Source of the DNA: an uncultured Gemmatimonadaceae bacterium
GTDB lineage: Bacteria > Gemmatimonadota > Gemmatimonadetes > Gemmatimonadales > GWC2-71-9
DNA: 64,000 bases
Reading direction: 5' to 3'
NCBI GenBank assembly: GCA_964596925.1
Contig: CAZQWQ010000046.1
Location: forward strand, 11,037 to 75,036
The notes under the pieces are model-generated. The model was not told where the DNA came from, made no database searches, and saw only the letters and a list, made by a program, of their open reading frames with translations. The position numbers and the translations under genes are program-made. Position 1 is the first letter of the stretch. Every line of letters begins with the position of its first letter. Shown one piece after another: positions 48,301 through 57,422 of the stretch.

Positions 48301-48892
48301 CGTGATTGGCCTCGCGGGAAAGTTCCCGACGAAAGACCATCACGTGCGCATTCGCACGAACATGCAGATCTACTGGGACCACGCCTTCACGTCGCGCGAT
48401 GCCCCGGCCAGTCCGGTCCACATCGCGCCGTTGCAGCCCGCCTCAGCGGACCTGCATTTCCGGGGCTTCTCACGCATGTATCGGCGTGGCGGCCGGTACG
48501 GCCCCCACTGGTTCGCCTACGAAGACGTCAGCAAGGATTCTCCGTGGCGACCTATCGAGGGGGCGTTCACGCGATTCGGCGACGTGCTACCGCTGCTGCG
48601 GAGCGCCGACGACATGTACGCTATCATGGCGCCGGGCGACGAAGTCACAGTCGAATTCGACGCCGCCTCAGCGAGCACGCCTCCGCCGGGCTGGAGGCGC
48701 ACGTTCCTCCTCTATAGCGACGGCTGGATCAAGGACGCGGACCTGAACACCGCGTTCGGCAATACCGTCGAGCCGCTCCCATTCCACGCAATAGAGGCAT
48801 ACCCGTACGCGCCAGGTGAATCCTACCCGACCGAATCGGTACACCAGCGATACCGTCGGGAGTACAACACGCGGCTCGGCAAGCGGCGCTGA
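45371..48892 (+). CDS. TPR + FG-GAP + ASPIC-UnbV lipoprotein with a large C-terminal GSC-start domain
   Basis: Lipobox AYGC, TPRs, DxDxDG repeats, HFGLG, then GSCAFLYTWDG domain; start uncertain (45323 or 45371). Confidence 0.85.
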   Translation: MKAKWAQYSASPALRQRALAISLGATLVFAAYGCRSKPVDQQELLTAHYLGLTDLERGRLPEAEVQFKRVVTLAPRDPLGYANLGLTYLRGGRYADAEAQVRRARRLNPASPEIGLIAAKLYALTGRLAQARETLEELRHDAKVLYALAELEAAQQADSAAVRRHEDRLREVLGLAPANLAVRLKLVGVLVRRGEADSAVQHLEEVRRIRPEPPQEARPHLDAALRHLRAGRLALAQIPLDRFLHLMELTAPYQASLHDVQWIEGPLVGRPVLAFNPQTVITMRGLIPLSRTSDVRFTDVTGEAGLSDGGTVPTALAVGDHDGDGADDLFVSVSSRDPPRSEGRLYRVRGGFVADVTAGTGLSLPTGAAYATFADFDNDGWLDLFAIGGDGRGYLLRNDGSGKFDDVTATAGVADVGGARKALLVDLDHDGDLDLLLVGGATNRFYRNNLDGTFTEGAGAVGLQGASPGWDAATGDLDGDGRIDVFVTSPDGADALYQNTGFRGFRDVTAASGLAASRASSAVAVGDYDNDGVLDIFVLRTDDGEAMLWHNAGNGTFSSDRRSVDAFRRLRGVGESAEFVDYDNDGWLDLFVAGQRGVLLFRNNRTGRYEDRTALLPTTLVAGGAATAITVSDVDGDGDQDLFVADSAGVHLLRNDGGNANLAMQVQLFALRTGSGKNNNFGIGATIEMRAGEIYQTRVATGRVTHFGLGPHLKADVLRVQWPNGVPQTTYFPGTDQDVLELEQLKGSCAFLYTWDGKRYRFVTDVMWRSALGMPLGIMGGSRSATYAPAGASQEYLRIPGDALQPRHGRYSLQVTEELWETAYLDEIRLLAVDHPDSVEIFVDERFVPPGPVRLRLFQAVRPRPPVSAIDDRGEDVLAALRERDDVYVSNLTPTHYQGLVEPHDLVLDLGEDAGRAGTFLFLRGWIYPTDASINVAVSQQTRVRTQMPSLEVRDAQGRWTTAIPSIGFPSGKDKTIVIGLAGKFPTKDHHVRIRTNMQIYWDHAFTSRDAPASPVHIAPLQPASADLHFRGFSRMYRRGGRYGPHWFAYEDVSKDSPWRPIEGAFTRFGDVLPLLRSADDMYAIMAPGDEVTVEFDAASASTPPPGWRRTFLLYSDGWIKDADLNTAFGNTVEPLPFHAIEAYPYAPGESYPTESVHQRYRREYNTRLGKRR

Positions 48893-48904
48893 GCGGCCCG
48901 CTTC

Positions 48905-49260
48905 TACGGACGGCCGGCTCCGGCGCCATGCCACGCAGAGCCGGTAGCGCGCTCACCAGCTCATCACGGCTCAGCCCCAGCAAGGCGTGTCGGTCCACCA
49001 GCGCGTTGGCTCGCCGTCCCAGGACGCCCTCGACCCTGTGTGATGCGCTGGAGCCGCCGGTGCCTCTGTCGCGGCGAGGGATCCACCGTCGGGTGGCCGA
49101 CGCCGAGGAATCCACTCCACGCGGCCGACTCCGAGTCGGGACGGATCAGCCGCTGATGGATTTCGGCGAACGAGACGGTCGCGAAATAGATCATCGCCTG
49201 CGCGGTAAACAGGTCAAAATGTGCCATCGCCTCGTGGGCGCTGCCCATCGCCTTCAACGC
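48905..49260 (-). pseudogene. Degraded 3' remnant, possibly of a flavin-dependent oxidoreductase/halogenase-like gene
   Basis: AHEAMAHFDLFTAQAMIYFATVSFAEIHQRL in one frame and LLGLSRDELVSALPALRGM in another; no intact 5' part. Family assignment is from memory of similar C-termini and unverified. Confidence 0.4.
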
Positions 49261-49343
49261 CGCACCGCCACTCGTGGCGCTGGCGCTGGTAGGCCCGGTC
49301 GCGAAGTGGATCGACCTGCGTCGATCACTCCGCGCTACGGAGG

Positions 49344-51026
49344 CTACCGCTCGCTCAGGAGCACCAGACCGAATGCGGTCGTGAGCGAGATCCTGCCGTT
49401 CCGAATCGTGCCCCTCGTCCCCGAGTACGCGTCCACCAGCTCGCTGCCATCCCGGAACACGCCGAAGACGGGGATGGTCTTGGCGCCTTCCTCCTGGTCC
49501 ATCGCCACCAGGACGCGATCGACGTGCCCGTCCGCCTCGAGGGTGCGGCTGAAGATGTAGGGCTGCACCTGGAGGCGATGATGCGTCCCTGCCCCCACCG
49601 CTGGGTGGGCCCGGCGGAACCGGCCCAGTTTCCGCCAGTGTCGCACGATCCCGGCGGTGGCGCCGCCGCGCTCCAAGTCCCTCCAGTTCATGAACGAGCG
49701 GAGGTTGGCGTCGCCCTCAGCGCCCGCGACCCTGAGGGGCCGGGCCAACTCGTCCCCGTAGTAGATCTGGGCGCCGCCCGGCGCGAGCAGGAGGCGTGTC
49801 CCTGCGCCGAGCGGGTCTGCGCGATCACGGTCGTACGGCGACCCGTCGTCGTGGGAGCTGATGTAGTTGAGGATCGCGACCCCCCGCAGCGCGCCTTCAT
49901 GAAGCGCAGCGGAGTACCGCGTGTAGAGATCGTCCATCGACCCAGCGGCCTCCCGCTTGAAGCCGAAGTTGATGAGACCATCGTACCCGTGGGCGAAGAA
50001 GTCCACGGTTCGGTCCCCGAAGTTGTACGCCCGCCCCTGACTCGGCTCGTAACCATAGACCTCGCCCATCATGTAGAAGGGAAGGCTGTCCAGGACCTGG
50101 GCTGGATGGGCACGCTTCCAGTCCGCGAACGCCCGCGCGGCTTCCCGCTTCAACTCGGCGCTGACCGTCTCTCCGAAATGCTTGGCGGTGTCCATCCGGT
50201 AGCCGTCGAACCCAAACTCGCGCACCCAGTCGGTGAGCCACTTGATGAGGTAGTAGCGAGACGCCTGCGGGTAACCGGTGCGCGCGAAGAAGGTGTTCAG
50301 CTCGGTCCGCTCCTGCTCCAGGCGGCCCTCCAAGCTCCACTTCTCGATCAGCGCCGGTGGAAGCTCCACGGGATCGTCTCGATCGGTGAGGACGTCCGGG
50401 AGCGTGGCCACCAGGGTGCAGTTCACCGTGGTGGTGTAGTCCCGGTAGGAGCAGTTGGGGCCCGTGCGGACCCAATCGTCAGGCCACTGGGGATCCTGTG
50501 GAGTCACAGGCCCCGTGTGGTTGATGACGGCGTCCATGAGGACGCGGATGCCATGCCGGTGGGCTGCATCGACCAGCGCGCGCAGGTCGTCCCTCGTCCC
50601 CAGCGCCGGATCCACCGCGGTCCAGTCCCTGGTCCAGTAGCCGTGGTATCCGTAGGTCTTCCCCGTCCCCTCATCCACGCTCCCGTGGATCTGCTCCACG
50701 AAGGGGGTCAGCCAGATGGCGTCCACGCCCAGGCTGTCGAAGTACCCGGCCTCGATCTTGCGGCGCACGCCGGTAAAGTCCCCGCCGAGGAAGCTGCGCA
50801 GCACCGCGCCATCCTGCGCGCGGCCCAGGGCGCGGTCGTTCGTGGAGTCGCCGTTCGCGAAGCGGTCGGTGAGGAGGAAGTAGACGGTGGCGCTGTTCCA
50901 GAACAACTCCGGCGCCGTGGCCGAGCCGACGACGCGGGCCTGCGATCCGGAGCCGGAAGTGCCGGCTGGGCAGGCGGAGAGACCGACGGCGACGACGAGC
51001 GTCGCGGCACGGATGACCGGGGTCAT
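49344..51026 (-). CDS. GH13 alpha-amylase family lipoprotein (560 aa)
   Basis: ATG 51026 overlaps the MFS stop; lipobox LSAC; YFLLTDRF, YHGYW, GYRMDTAKH, MGEVY, SSHDD. Confidence 0.92.
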   Translation of the reverse strand: MTPVIRAATLVVAVGLSACPAGTSGSGSQARVVGSATAPELFWNSATVYFLLTDRFANGDSTNDRALGRAQDGAVLRSFLGGDFTGVRRKIEAGYFDSLGVDAIWLTPFVEQIHGSVDEGTGKTYGYHGYWTRDWTAVDPALGTRDDLRALVDAAHRHGIRVLMDAVINHTGPVTPQDPQWPDDWVRTGPNCSYRDYTTTVNCTLVATLPDVLTDRDDPVELPPALIEKWSLEGRLEQERTELNTFFARTGYPQASRYYLIKWLTDWVREFGFDGYRMDTAKHFGETVSAELKREAARAFADWKRAHPAQVLDSLPFYMMGEVYGYEPSQGRAYNFGDRTVDFFAHGYDGLINFGFKREAAGSMDDLYTRYSAALHEGALRGVAILNYISSHDDGSPYDRDRADPLGAGTRLLLAPGGAQIYYGDELARPLRVAGAEGDANLRSFMNWRDLERGGATAGIVRHWRKLGRFRRAHPAVGAGTHHRLQVQPYIFSRTLEADGHVDRVLVAMDQEEGAKTIPVFGVFRDGSELVDAYSGTRGTIRNGRISLTTAFGLVLLSER

Positions 51027-52573
51027 CAGCAGACCTCGTCTTCGTCCTGCACGCGGAGTGTCAGCGCCGCGGCGAGCACGAGAGACACGCCCCCGACCAG
51101 GAGGGCGTAGATCGCTTCGCCGCCGAAGAAGCGCCCGACGATGAAGCCGAGGATGGCAGCCGCAACGATCTGAGGGATCACGATGAAGAAGTTGAAGACC
51201 CCCATGTAGTACCCGAGCTTCGAGGGCGGGAGCGACCCGGTCAGCATCGCGTAGGGCATCGAGAGGATGCTGGCCCAGGCGATCCCCACGCCAACCATGG
51301 AGCCCAGCAGGTATCGAGGGTCTGTAAGGACGAAGACGGAGAGGAGCCCCACGGCGCCGCACACCAGGCAGATCGCGTGGGCGGCCCTCCGGCTGGTCCT
51401 CCGCGCCAGGACCGGGATGCCGAAGGCCACCACGGCGGCCACCCCGTTGTATGTGCTGAAGCCGACCCCCACCCAGTTCGCTCCCTCGTTGAACAGCGCC
51501 GAGGTCGTGTCGGTCGTGCCGTAGATATGGCTGGTCACCGCCGCCGTCGTATAGATCCACATCGCGAAGAGAGCGAACCACGAGAAGAATTGCACCCAGG
51601 CGAGCTGCCGCATTGTCCGCGGCATGTCCTGGAGGTCGTTGAGGATGGTGACGAAGCCGTTGTCGTACCGGCCGCTCTTCTGCATGAGCCCGCCGACGAT
51701 GAGCAGCACCCCGATGACGCCGACCCCGGCCGAGAGGATCATGACCTGGTAGATCGCCTGGCTGGCCAGCCAGGCGCTGAGCAATCCACCCGCGGCGACG
51801 AAGACCCCGCCCAGGCGGATCTGCCGGCCGCCGTTGTGCGCGTACTGCTCCGCCGTCCGTTTCTCCCGGACGGTGCTCTCGCGCGTCTGGTTCTCTTCAA
51901 AGGAGGCCATCTCCTCCGGCGAGTACTCTTTCGACCGGACAACCGTCCAGAGCACGGCAACGAAGAAGACCGCGGCGCCGAAGTAGAACGAGAGGCGCAC
52001 CGAGTCGGGGATCATGTGCTCGGGGGCTTCGTTGCTCACCCCGAACTGGTTGGTGAGCAGCCAGGGGAGCATAGACGCCACGACCGCACCGGTGCCGATG
52101 AGGAAACTCTGCATGGCGAACCCGGTGGTCCGCTGCGCCGAGGGCAGGTTGTCGCCCACGAAGGCCCGGAACGGCTCCATGGAGATGTTGATGGAAGCGT
52201 CCATGATCCAGAGCATCCCGGCCGCCACCCAGAGGGCCGGGGAGTTCGGCATGAGGACCAGGGCCAGCGAGGCAAGGATGGCCCCGCCGAGGAAGTACGG
52301 ACGCCGCCGGCCCAGGCGGTTCCAGGTGCGGTCACTGAAGTAGCCGACGATGGGCTGGACCATGAGCCCGGTGACCGGGGCGGCGATCCACAGAATCGGG
52401 ATGTTCTCCACCTTGGCGCCCAGGGTCTCGAAGATCCGGCTCACGTTCGCGTTCTGCAGCGCGAAGCCGATCTGGATGCCCAGGAAGCCGAAGCTCATGT
52501 TCCAGATCTCCCAGAACGACAGGCGCGGCTTGGGCCGGGCGGTGCGGGGAGCGCTGGCTGCGGGTGATCCCAT
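51026..52573 (-). CDS. MFS sugar transporter (GPH/SLC45, maltose permease-like)
   Basis: IWNMSFGFLGIQIGFALQ, SDRTWNRLGRRRP, MEPFRAFVGD, MGVFNFFIVIPQ. Confidence 0.9.
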   Translation of the reverse strand: MGSPAASAPRTARPKPRLSFWEIWNMSFGFLGIQIGFALQNANVSRIFETLGAKVENIPILWIAAPVTGLMVQPIVGYFSDRTWNRLGRRRPYFLGGAILASLALVLMPNSPALWVAAGMLWIMDASINISMEPFRAFVGDNLPSAQRTTGFAMQSFLIGTGAVVASMLPWLLTNQFGVSNEAPEHMIPDSVRLSFYFGAAVFFVAVLWTVVRSKEYSPEEMASFEENQTRESTVREKRTAEQYAHNGGRQIRLGGVFVAAGGLLSAWLASQAIYQVMILSAGVGVIGVLLIVGGLMQKSGRYDNGFVTILNDLQDMPRTMRQLAWVQFFSWFALFAMWIYTTAAVTSHIYGTTDTTSALFNEGANWVGVGFSTYNGVAAVVAFGIPVLARRTSRRAAHAICLVCGAVGLLSVFVLTDPRYLLGSMVGVGIAWASILSMPYAMLTGSLPPSKLGYYMGVFNFFIVIPQIVAAAILGFIVGRFFGGEAIYALLVGGVSLVLAAALTLRVQDEDEVC

Positions 52574-52587
52574 GGTAGACCTCGGCC

Positions 52588-54501
52588 TCAGGGGTTCCGA
52601 GCGTGGTGGAGGCGACGGATCAGCCCGTCAACCTCGGGGTCGGTGAAGATCTCGTCGAGGAGCCGCCGCATCGGGCGTTGCCAGTTTGGGCGCTCCGAAG
52701 ACCGCGTCCCCGGGAGGTTCACGGCTTGATCCTCGAGCCAGAGATCCTCGAGCCAGGGAATTACGAGCGGGCTGTCCGACCGGCCGAGCCACTCGAGTAG
52801 CTCGGCCAGGAATGCAGCGGGCTCTTCCACGCGGTGACCCAACCGCTTGGCGAGCCACCGCACGGCCCTCGCGCGTTCCTTTCTGACGCCCGTGACGGCC
52901 TGCTGCGCCAGGAGGCCGTGGCGAACCCGCTCCGCGATATCGTTGCCCGCGAGCCATCCCGCGAAGGTAGGCGTGTCGTGCGTGCCTACCAAGGCAACGT
53001 GCGCGGCGGTCGGGGGGGTGACGTCCGGGCCCTCCGATGACTGGAACTGCGCCAGGTACATCCCCCAGATCCGGTGGCGCGGAAGCGCCTCATCGATCTC
53101 GGGAGGAACGGTTCCCAGGTTCTCGCCCACCACCTCGCACCGGTTGCAGGCCGACTCCTGGGTGAGAATGGCGAAGAGCTCCTCGGCGGGATACGAGACA
53201 TACGTTCCCTCGTGCAACCCGAACCCGTGAGGGATCCAGTAGAGCCTGGTCCAGGCCATGATGTGGTCCACTCGGAGCACCCCGGCGAGACCCGCTTGGA
53301 GACCAATGGACGCTGCCAGGTAGCGGTGGCCCTCGTGGCGGGACGCCTCGGGAAGCACGGGGGCGAAACCCCAATCCTGCCCGCTCGGAAAGCCTGCATC
53401 GGGAGGGGCGCCCACCGACATCCCTTCGGCGAACAGGGCCTGTCGGGACCACGGGTCATAGCCGTCCGGGTGGGCACCCACGGCCAGGTCCAACCCCAGG
53501 CGAAACCCGTCGTGCTCCAATCGCTGGCGGAGGCCCTGGAGCTGCCGGCGCACCAGCGTCTGAGCCACCAGGTGGAAGTGCTCGACCTCGGAATCGACGT
53601 CGTGGGGCTCCAACGTTCCCGCCCGGGCTTTCGAGGCCCAAGCCCGCCAGCTCCTTCCGAGCCGGGCCTGCGCACCGCGGAAACGCGCGTAGCGGATCAG
53701 TTCCTCGTCCAGCTGTGACGGGTGTGGAACCGGCTGCCCCGCCAGGGCAGTCCGGACCTCGGCGTCTGCGCGGGTCACGTCCAGGGTCGTGGTGCGGTCC
53801 GACGGGCGATGGGCATCTCCCAGATTGACGATCACCTCGGACCAGAAGAGTCGACTCACCGGGGAGTATGGGCTGGGCTCCGCCGGCTTCGAGTTGAAGG
53901 TAGGGAGCAGGGGGAGGACGGTGACCAGGTCTCCGCCCCGCTCGCGCACCCAGCGGCATAGGGATTCCAAGTCCTGCAGGTCTCCCACGGAGCGGCTGCG
54001 CGCCGAGCGGAGAGCGGCGAGCTGCGTTCCCACCCCCCAGCTCCGATGCGCCCCCGGCCGACGCCACGCCTGCACGGGTGCGGCGATAACCGTGCACGTC
54101 TCGCGACTGCCCGAAGCCTCGACGGTGAGGCGGTGGTAGCCGGAGGGAATGGGGCGAGTCGTTCGAAGCTCGCCGCCGGAGATCTCGAGCGGGGCGACAT
54201 CGCCGTCCGCGAGATGTAGTTCCGCATGGACGAGATCGCCTTCGGCGATCGCGAGGGCAGGCATGGTTCCGTCCCAGGCGACGAGGACGGGCGGCACGAG
54301 TCCCGTGTTCCGGATCGCGCGGCGTGCCCGCAATGCCTCGACGGCATCACCTGGGCGGGTGATAGGGGCGCCCATCGCGGCGCAGACGCGAACCAGCGTC
54401 TCAGGGGCCACGATGACACGCCTGCAAACGCCGTCCGTGTAGCGGGTGTGCACACCCATCGCTCGGGCGAGGGATCGGAGCGCCTTCAGCTCATCCGTCA
54501 C
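52588..54501 (-). CDS. malQ: 4-alpha-glucanotransferase (GH77)
   Basis: SPYSPVSR, LDLAVG, GAPPD, QDWGF, LRVDH, GENLG, GTHD, NLPGT...PNW. Confidence 0.92.
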   Translation of the reverse strand: MTDELKALRSLARAMGVHTRYTDGVCRRVIVAPETLVRVCAAMGAPITRPGDAVEALRARRAIRNTGLVPPVLVAWDGTMPALAIAEGDLVHAELHLADGDVAPLEISGGELRTTRPIPSGYHRLTVEASGSRETCTVIAAPVQAWRRPGAHRSWGVGTQLAALRSARSRSVGDLQDLESLCRWVRERGGDLVTVLPLLPTFNSKPAEPSPYSPVSRLFWSEVIVNLGDAHRPSDRTTTLDVTRADAEVRTALAGQPVPHPSQLDEELIRYARFRGAQARLGRSWRAWASKARAGTLEPHDVDSEVEHFHLVAQTLVRRQLQGLRQRLEHDGFRLGLDLAVGAHPDGYDPWSRQALFAEGMSVGAPPDAGFPSGQDWGFAPVLPEASRHEGHRYLAASIGLQAGLAGVLRVDHIMAWTRLYWIPHGFGLHEGTYVSYPAEELFAILTQESACNRCEVVGENLGTVPPEIDEALPRHRIWGMYLAQFQSSEGPDVTPPTAAHVALVGTHDTPTFAGWLAGNDIAERVRHGLLAQQAVTGVRKERARAVRWLAKRLGHRVEEPAAFLAELLEWLGRSDSPLVIPWLEDLWLEDQAVNLPGTRSSERPNWQRPMRRLLDEIFTDPEVDGLIRRLHHARNP

Positions 54502-54534
54502 GGAGTTACGCGAAGGTGACCGTGGTACCTGGGG

Positions 54535-55809
54535 TCACCCGAACCGCGTCGCCCGCCACAGCGCCAGGCCGCCCAAGACGAGGAACCCGAAGAGCGCGAG
54601 CGTGAGCACGGCGGCCCACAGCCAACTGATCTGGAGCGCGGGCACCCGGGCGACGGCGCCGAACCCCACGAAGGCCGCGGTCGCGACGAGGACGAGCAGC
54701 CAGTCGAGCGGACTGCGGCGCGCGCGCGCGGCACCCGCGTCGTCACCCGCCATCCGCGCCGCCACATAGGAGGGATCCACGCCGTAGCGGGCGCTCTCCC
54801 GGGCCCCCGCCTCTTGCCAGCGGCGGTACTCCCGGCCGGGCGCTGACGCGAGCGCGATCGCGCCCGCCCCCGCCGCCATCAAGAGCGAGCCCGCAATCAC
54901 GGCACCCCGACCGCCACCGGCCAGCTCACCGAACACCAGAATCCCCCACAGGAGCCCCCACAGCTGGTTGGTGTTCGAGAGCGGGATGCCGCGGCTAATC
55001 CCGACGTACTTGGCCGCGTACTGCTGGAACAGGTCGCCCACCACCCACACGAATCCGGCGACGAGCAGCCAGAAGAGGACGTCACGACTGCCGGAGAGCT
55101 CCTGCCACAGCTGCCCCGGCCCGCCCGTGAAGCCGAGCGCCAGCACCGTCATCATGCCGAGCTCGCCGATCGTGAAGAACGCGACGAAGGACAGCGGATG
55201 CATGCCGGTCAGGTACGCCTTGCGGTAGGGGATGTACATCGTGCCCCACAAGGCGCCGGCGGTGAGCGCGGCGGCGACGCCGCGCAGGGCGTTGCCCCCG
55301 GGTGCGTGCGCGGACGACGCCACGGCGAGGAACGTGGCACCGGCGAACATGACGACGGCCCCGCCCAAAACGCTGAGCCAGCGCGCCCGCCCCGCGTCGC
55401 GCAGCTCGTTGAACAGCAACGTGCCCCAGAGGATGCCGAGCAGGCTGTTCGAGTTCCACAGCGGGAACGCGATGGCGAGGCCGACGTCCTTGATTGCGAA
55501 GATCGTCAGCGTGTTGGCGACCGCCCACAGGCAGCCTGCGAGCGCCGCCCAGACCAGGAGGTGCGGAGCCTGACGGACGTCCTCTCTGAGAGTGGCCGTG
55601 CCGCGCAACAGAGCCGGGAGGCTCCAGCGGGCGAGAAACACACCCAGCACCATCATGAACGAGATCACCACCGGCGAGACGCCGAGCGTGACGAGCTTCG
55701 TGGGCGCCTCGGCGGCGCCCAGCCAGGCGCCCGCGGCGAAACCGGAGAGGGTACCCACGCGCTGCAGCCGGCGCAGCCGCGCAGGGTCGAGCTCGCTCAG
55801 GCGATCCAC
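54535..55809 (-). CDS. GRP/DMT-family sugar transporter (GlcU-like)
   Basis: About 12 hydrophobic segments with internal duplication (IAFPLWNSN / RGIPLSNTN); GTG 55809 start is tentative. Confidence 0.75.
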   Translation of the reverse strand: MDRLSELDPARLRRLQRVGTLSGFAAGAWLGAAEAPTKLVTLGVSPVVISFMMVLGVFLARWSLPALLRGTATLREDVRQAPHLLVWAALAGCLWAVANTLTIFAIKDVGLAIAFPLWNSNSLLGILWGTLLFNELRDAGRARWLSVLGGAVVMFAGATFLAVASSAHAPGGNALRGVAAALTAGALWGTMYIPYRKAYLTGMHPLSFVAFFTIGELGMMTVLALGFTGGPGQLWQELSGSRDVLFWLLVAGFVWVVGDLFQQYAAKYVGISRGIPLSNTNQLWGLLWGILVFGELAGGGRGAVIAGSLLMAAGAGAIALASAPGREYRRWQEAGARESARYGVDPSYVAARMAGDDAGAARARRSPLDWLLVLVATAAFVGFGAVARVPALQISWLWAAVLTLALFGFLVLGGLALWRATRFG

Positions 55810-55907
55810 CGGAGGACCATGAGCCCGGCGAGCAGCACGGCCACCGGGATCCAGAAGTGGACGTCTCCCAAGATGGCGCGCCAGCGGGAATGGGGTGTGG
55901 GGTCCAT
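55797..55907 (-). CDS. Small single-pass membrane protein (36 aa), not in the ORF track
   Basis: MDPTPHSRWRAILGDVHFWIPVAVLLAGLMVLRWIA; stop overlaps the transporter start by 13 nt; no clear RBS. Confidence 0.6.
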   Translation of the reverse strand: MDPTPHSRWRAILGDVHFWIPVAVLLAGLMVLRWIA

Positions 55908-56065
55908 CAGCGATGGAACAATGGCGGCCAAACGGTGCGCTAGCTAGTACCGTTACTCGCCGTGCTCCTGGTCTGGCCGTACCCGATCTCGGCACTTATG
56001 ATGGCGTCGCCACGTGTCCGTTCGTCCCCTTCACCACGTGAATCCCGAACCGGGCAGGAGACCCT

Positions 56066-57418
56066 ATGAAGCAGAAAGACTACTCGCGGCGTGAGTTTCT
56101 GGGTATCGGTGCCGCGGCCGCCGGTGCATCGCTCGCGGGGGAGACAATCCTGCCGAGCTCCCAGCTCCTTCAGAGCCCTCCACGGACCGTTCCAGCCAGC
56201 GACCGCATCCGCTTCGGCATCATCGGCGTCGGCATGCAGGGATCGGGGCTGTTGGCCACTTCCATCGAACTGCCTGACGTCGAATGCGCCGCCGCTTGCG
56301 ACCTCTACGACGGGCGACACACCTTGGCCCGAGAGATCGTTCGAGCCGATCTGCCCGTGACGCGTCGCTATCAGGACCTGCTGAACAACAAGGACATCGA
56401 TTGCATCGTGGCAGCGGTTCCCGATCACTGGCACATGCAGATCGTGACCGACGCAGTCAGCGCGGGCAAAGACATCTACTGCGAGAAGCCGATGTCGCAC
56501 AGCCCGGCCGATGGAGTGGCCATGGTCGGCGCGGCGCAGCGGAGCGGCCGAATCGTGCAGATCGGCTCGCAGCGCGTCAGCTCCCCGATCTGCGCCAAAG
56601 CCAAGGAGATGATCACACAAGGAAAGCTAGGGGATCTGATGCTGGTGGAGGGCTGGCTGGGGCGAAACGATCCCACCGGGGCCTGGCAATACCCGCCTCC
56701 ACCGGATCTTTCTCCTCGCAACCTGGACTGGGATACCTGGCAGGGGCGGGTCCCGAAACGCGCGTTCGATCCTCTGGTGTTCGCCCGTTGGCGCTGCTGG
56801 AAGGAATACGGCACCGGGGTCGCCGGCGATCTCCTGGTCCACCTGGTCAGCGGCATGATGTTCATCCTGGGCATCAACGAACCACCGGCGCGGGCGATGT
56901 CGATCGGCGGCATCCGGCGCTGGAAGGACGGGCGCAACATGCCCGACGTTCACGCGGTGCTGTTCGATTACGGTGCGTGTCCGGTGTACATGCGGCTGAG
57001 TCTCGGCACGGACATGCCGGAGACGTATCGCTTTCAGGGATCGAAGGGAATTCTCGAAGTGACCGGATCTACCATCGCCTACAGTCCGCAAAGCGGGGAG
57101 GATTCATACCCCAGCTATTACACCGGAAGTTTTCCCCGCGCGATGCGCGAGGCGTACCTCACCCAATGGCACAAGGACAACGATGCGAGGCTGAGCCAGG
57201 CCGCGATGCCAGAGACCATCGCTCTCCGCGGACCCGACCTCGACGACATCAGGCCGCATCTCTCGACCTTCTTCGAGGCCGTGCGCACTCGCAAGCCCGT
57301 GGTGGAGGACGCGGTGTTCGGTCACCATGCCGCGCTGGCCTGCCACATGGCGAATGAGTCCTACTTCCGCGCCAGCCAGGTCAGTTGGGACGCGGCATCG
57401 AAGAGCATGAAGGACTGA
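56066..57418 (+). CDS. Tat-exported Gfo/Idh/MocA oxidoreductase
   Basis: SRREFLG twin-arginine signal, GIIGVG, PDHWH, CEKP; RBS AGGAG. Confidence 0.9.
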   Translation: MKQKDYSRREFLGIGAAAAGASLAGETILPSSQLLQSPPRTVPASDRIRFGIIGVGMQGSGLLATSIELPDVECAAACDLYDGRHTLAREIVRADLPVTRRYQDLLNNKDIDCIVAAVPDHWHMQIVTDAVSAGKDIYCEKPMSHSPADGVAMVGAAQRSGRIVQIGSQRVSSPICAKAKEMITQGKLGDLMLVEGWLGRNDPTGAWQYPPPPDLSPRNLDWDTWQGRVPKRAFDPLVFARWRCWKEYGTGVAGDLLVHLVSGMMFILGINEPPARAMSIGGIRRWKDGRNMPDVHAVLFDYGACPVYMRLSLGTDMPETYRFQGSKGILEVTGSTIAYSPQSGEDSYPSYYTGSFPRAMREAYLTQWHKDNDARLSQAAMPETIALRGPDLDDIRPHLSTFFEAVRTRKPVVEDAVFGHHAALACHMANESYFRASQVSWDAASKSMKD

Positions 57419-57422
57419 CGAT

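Noticed and set aside
49344-51581. Apparent 745-aa amylase with extra N-terminal domain
   Set aside because: The extension is an off-frame read of the MFS gene; real start at 51026 with a lipobox.
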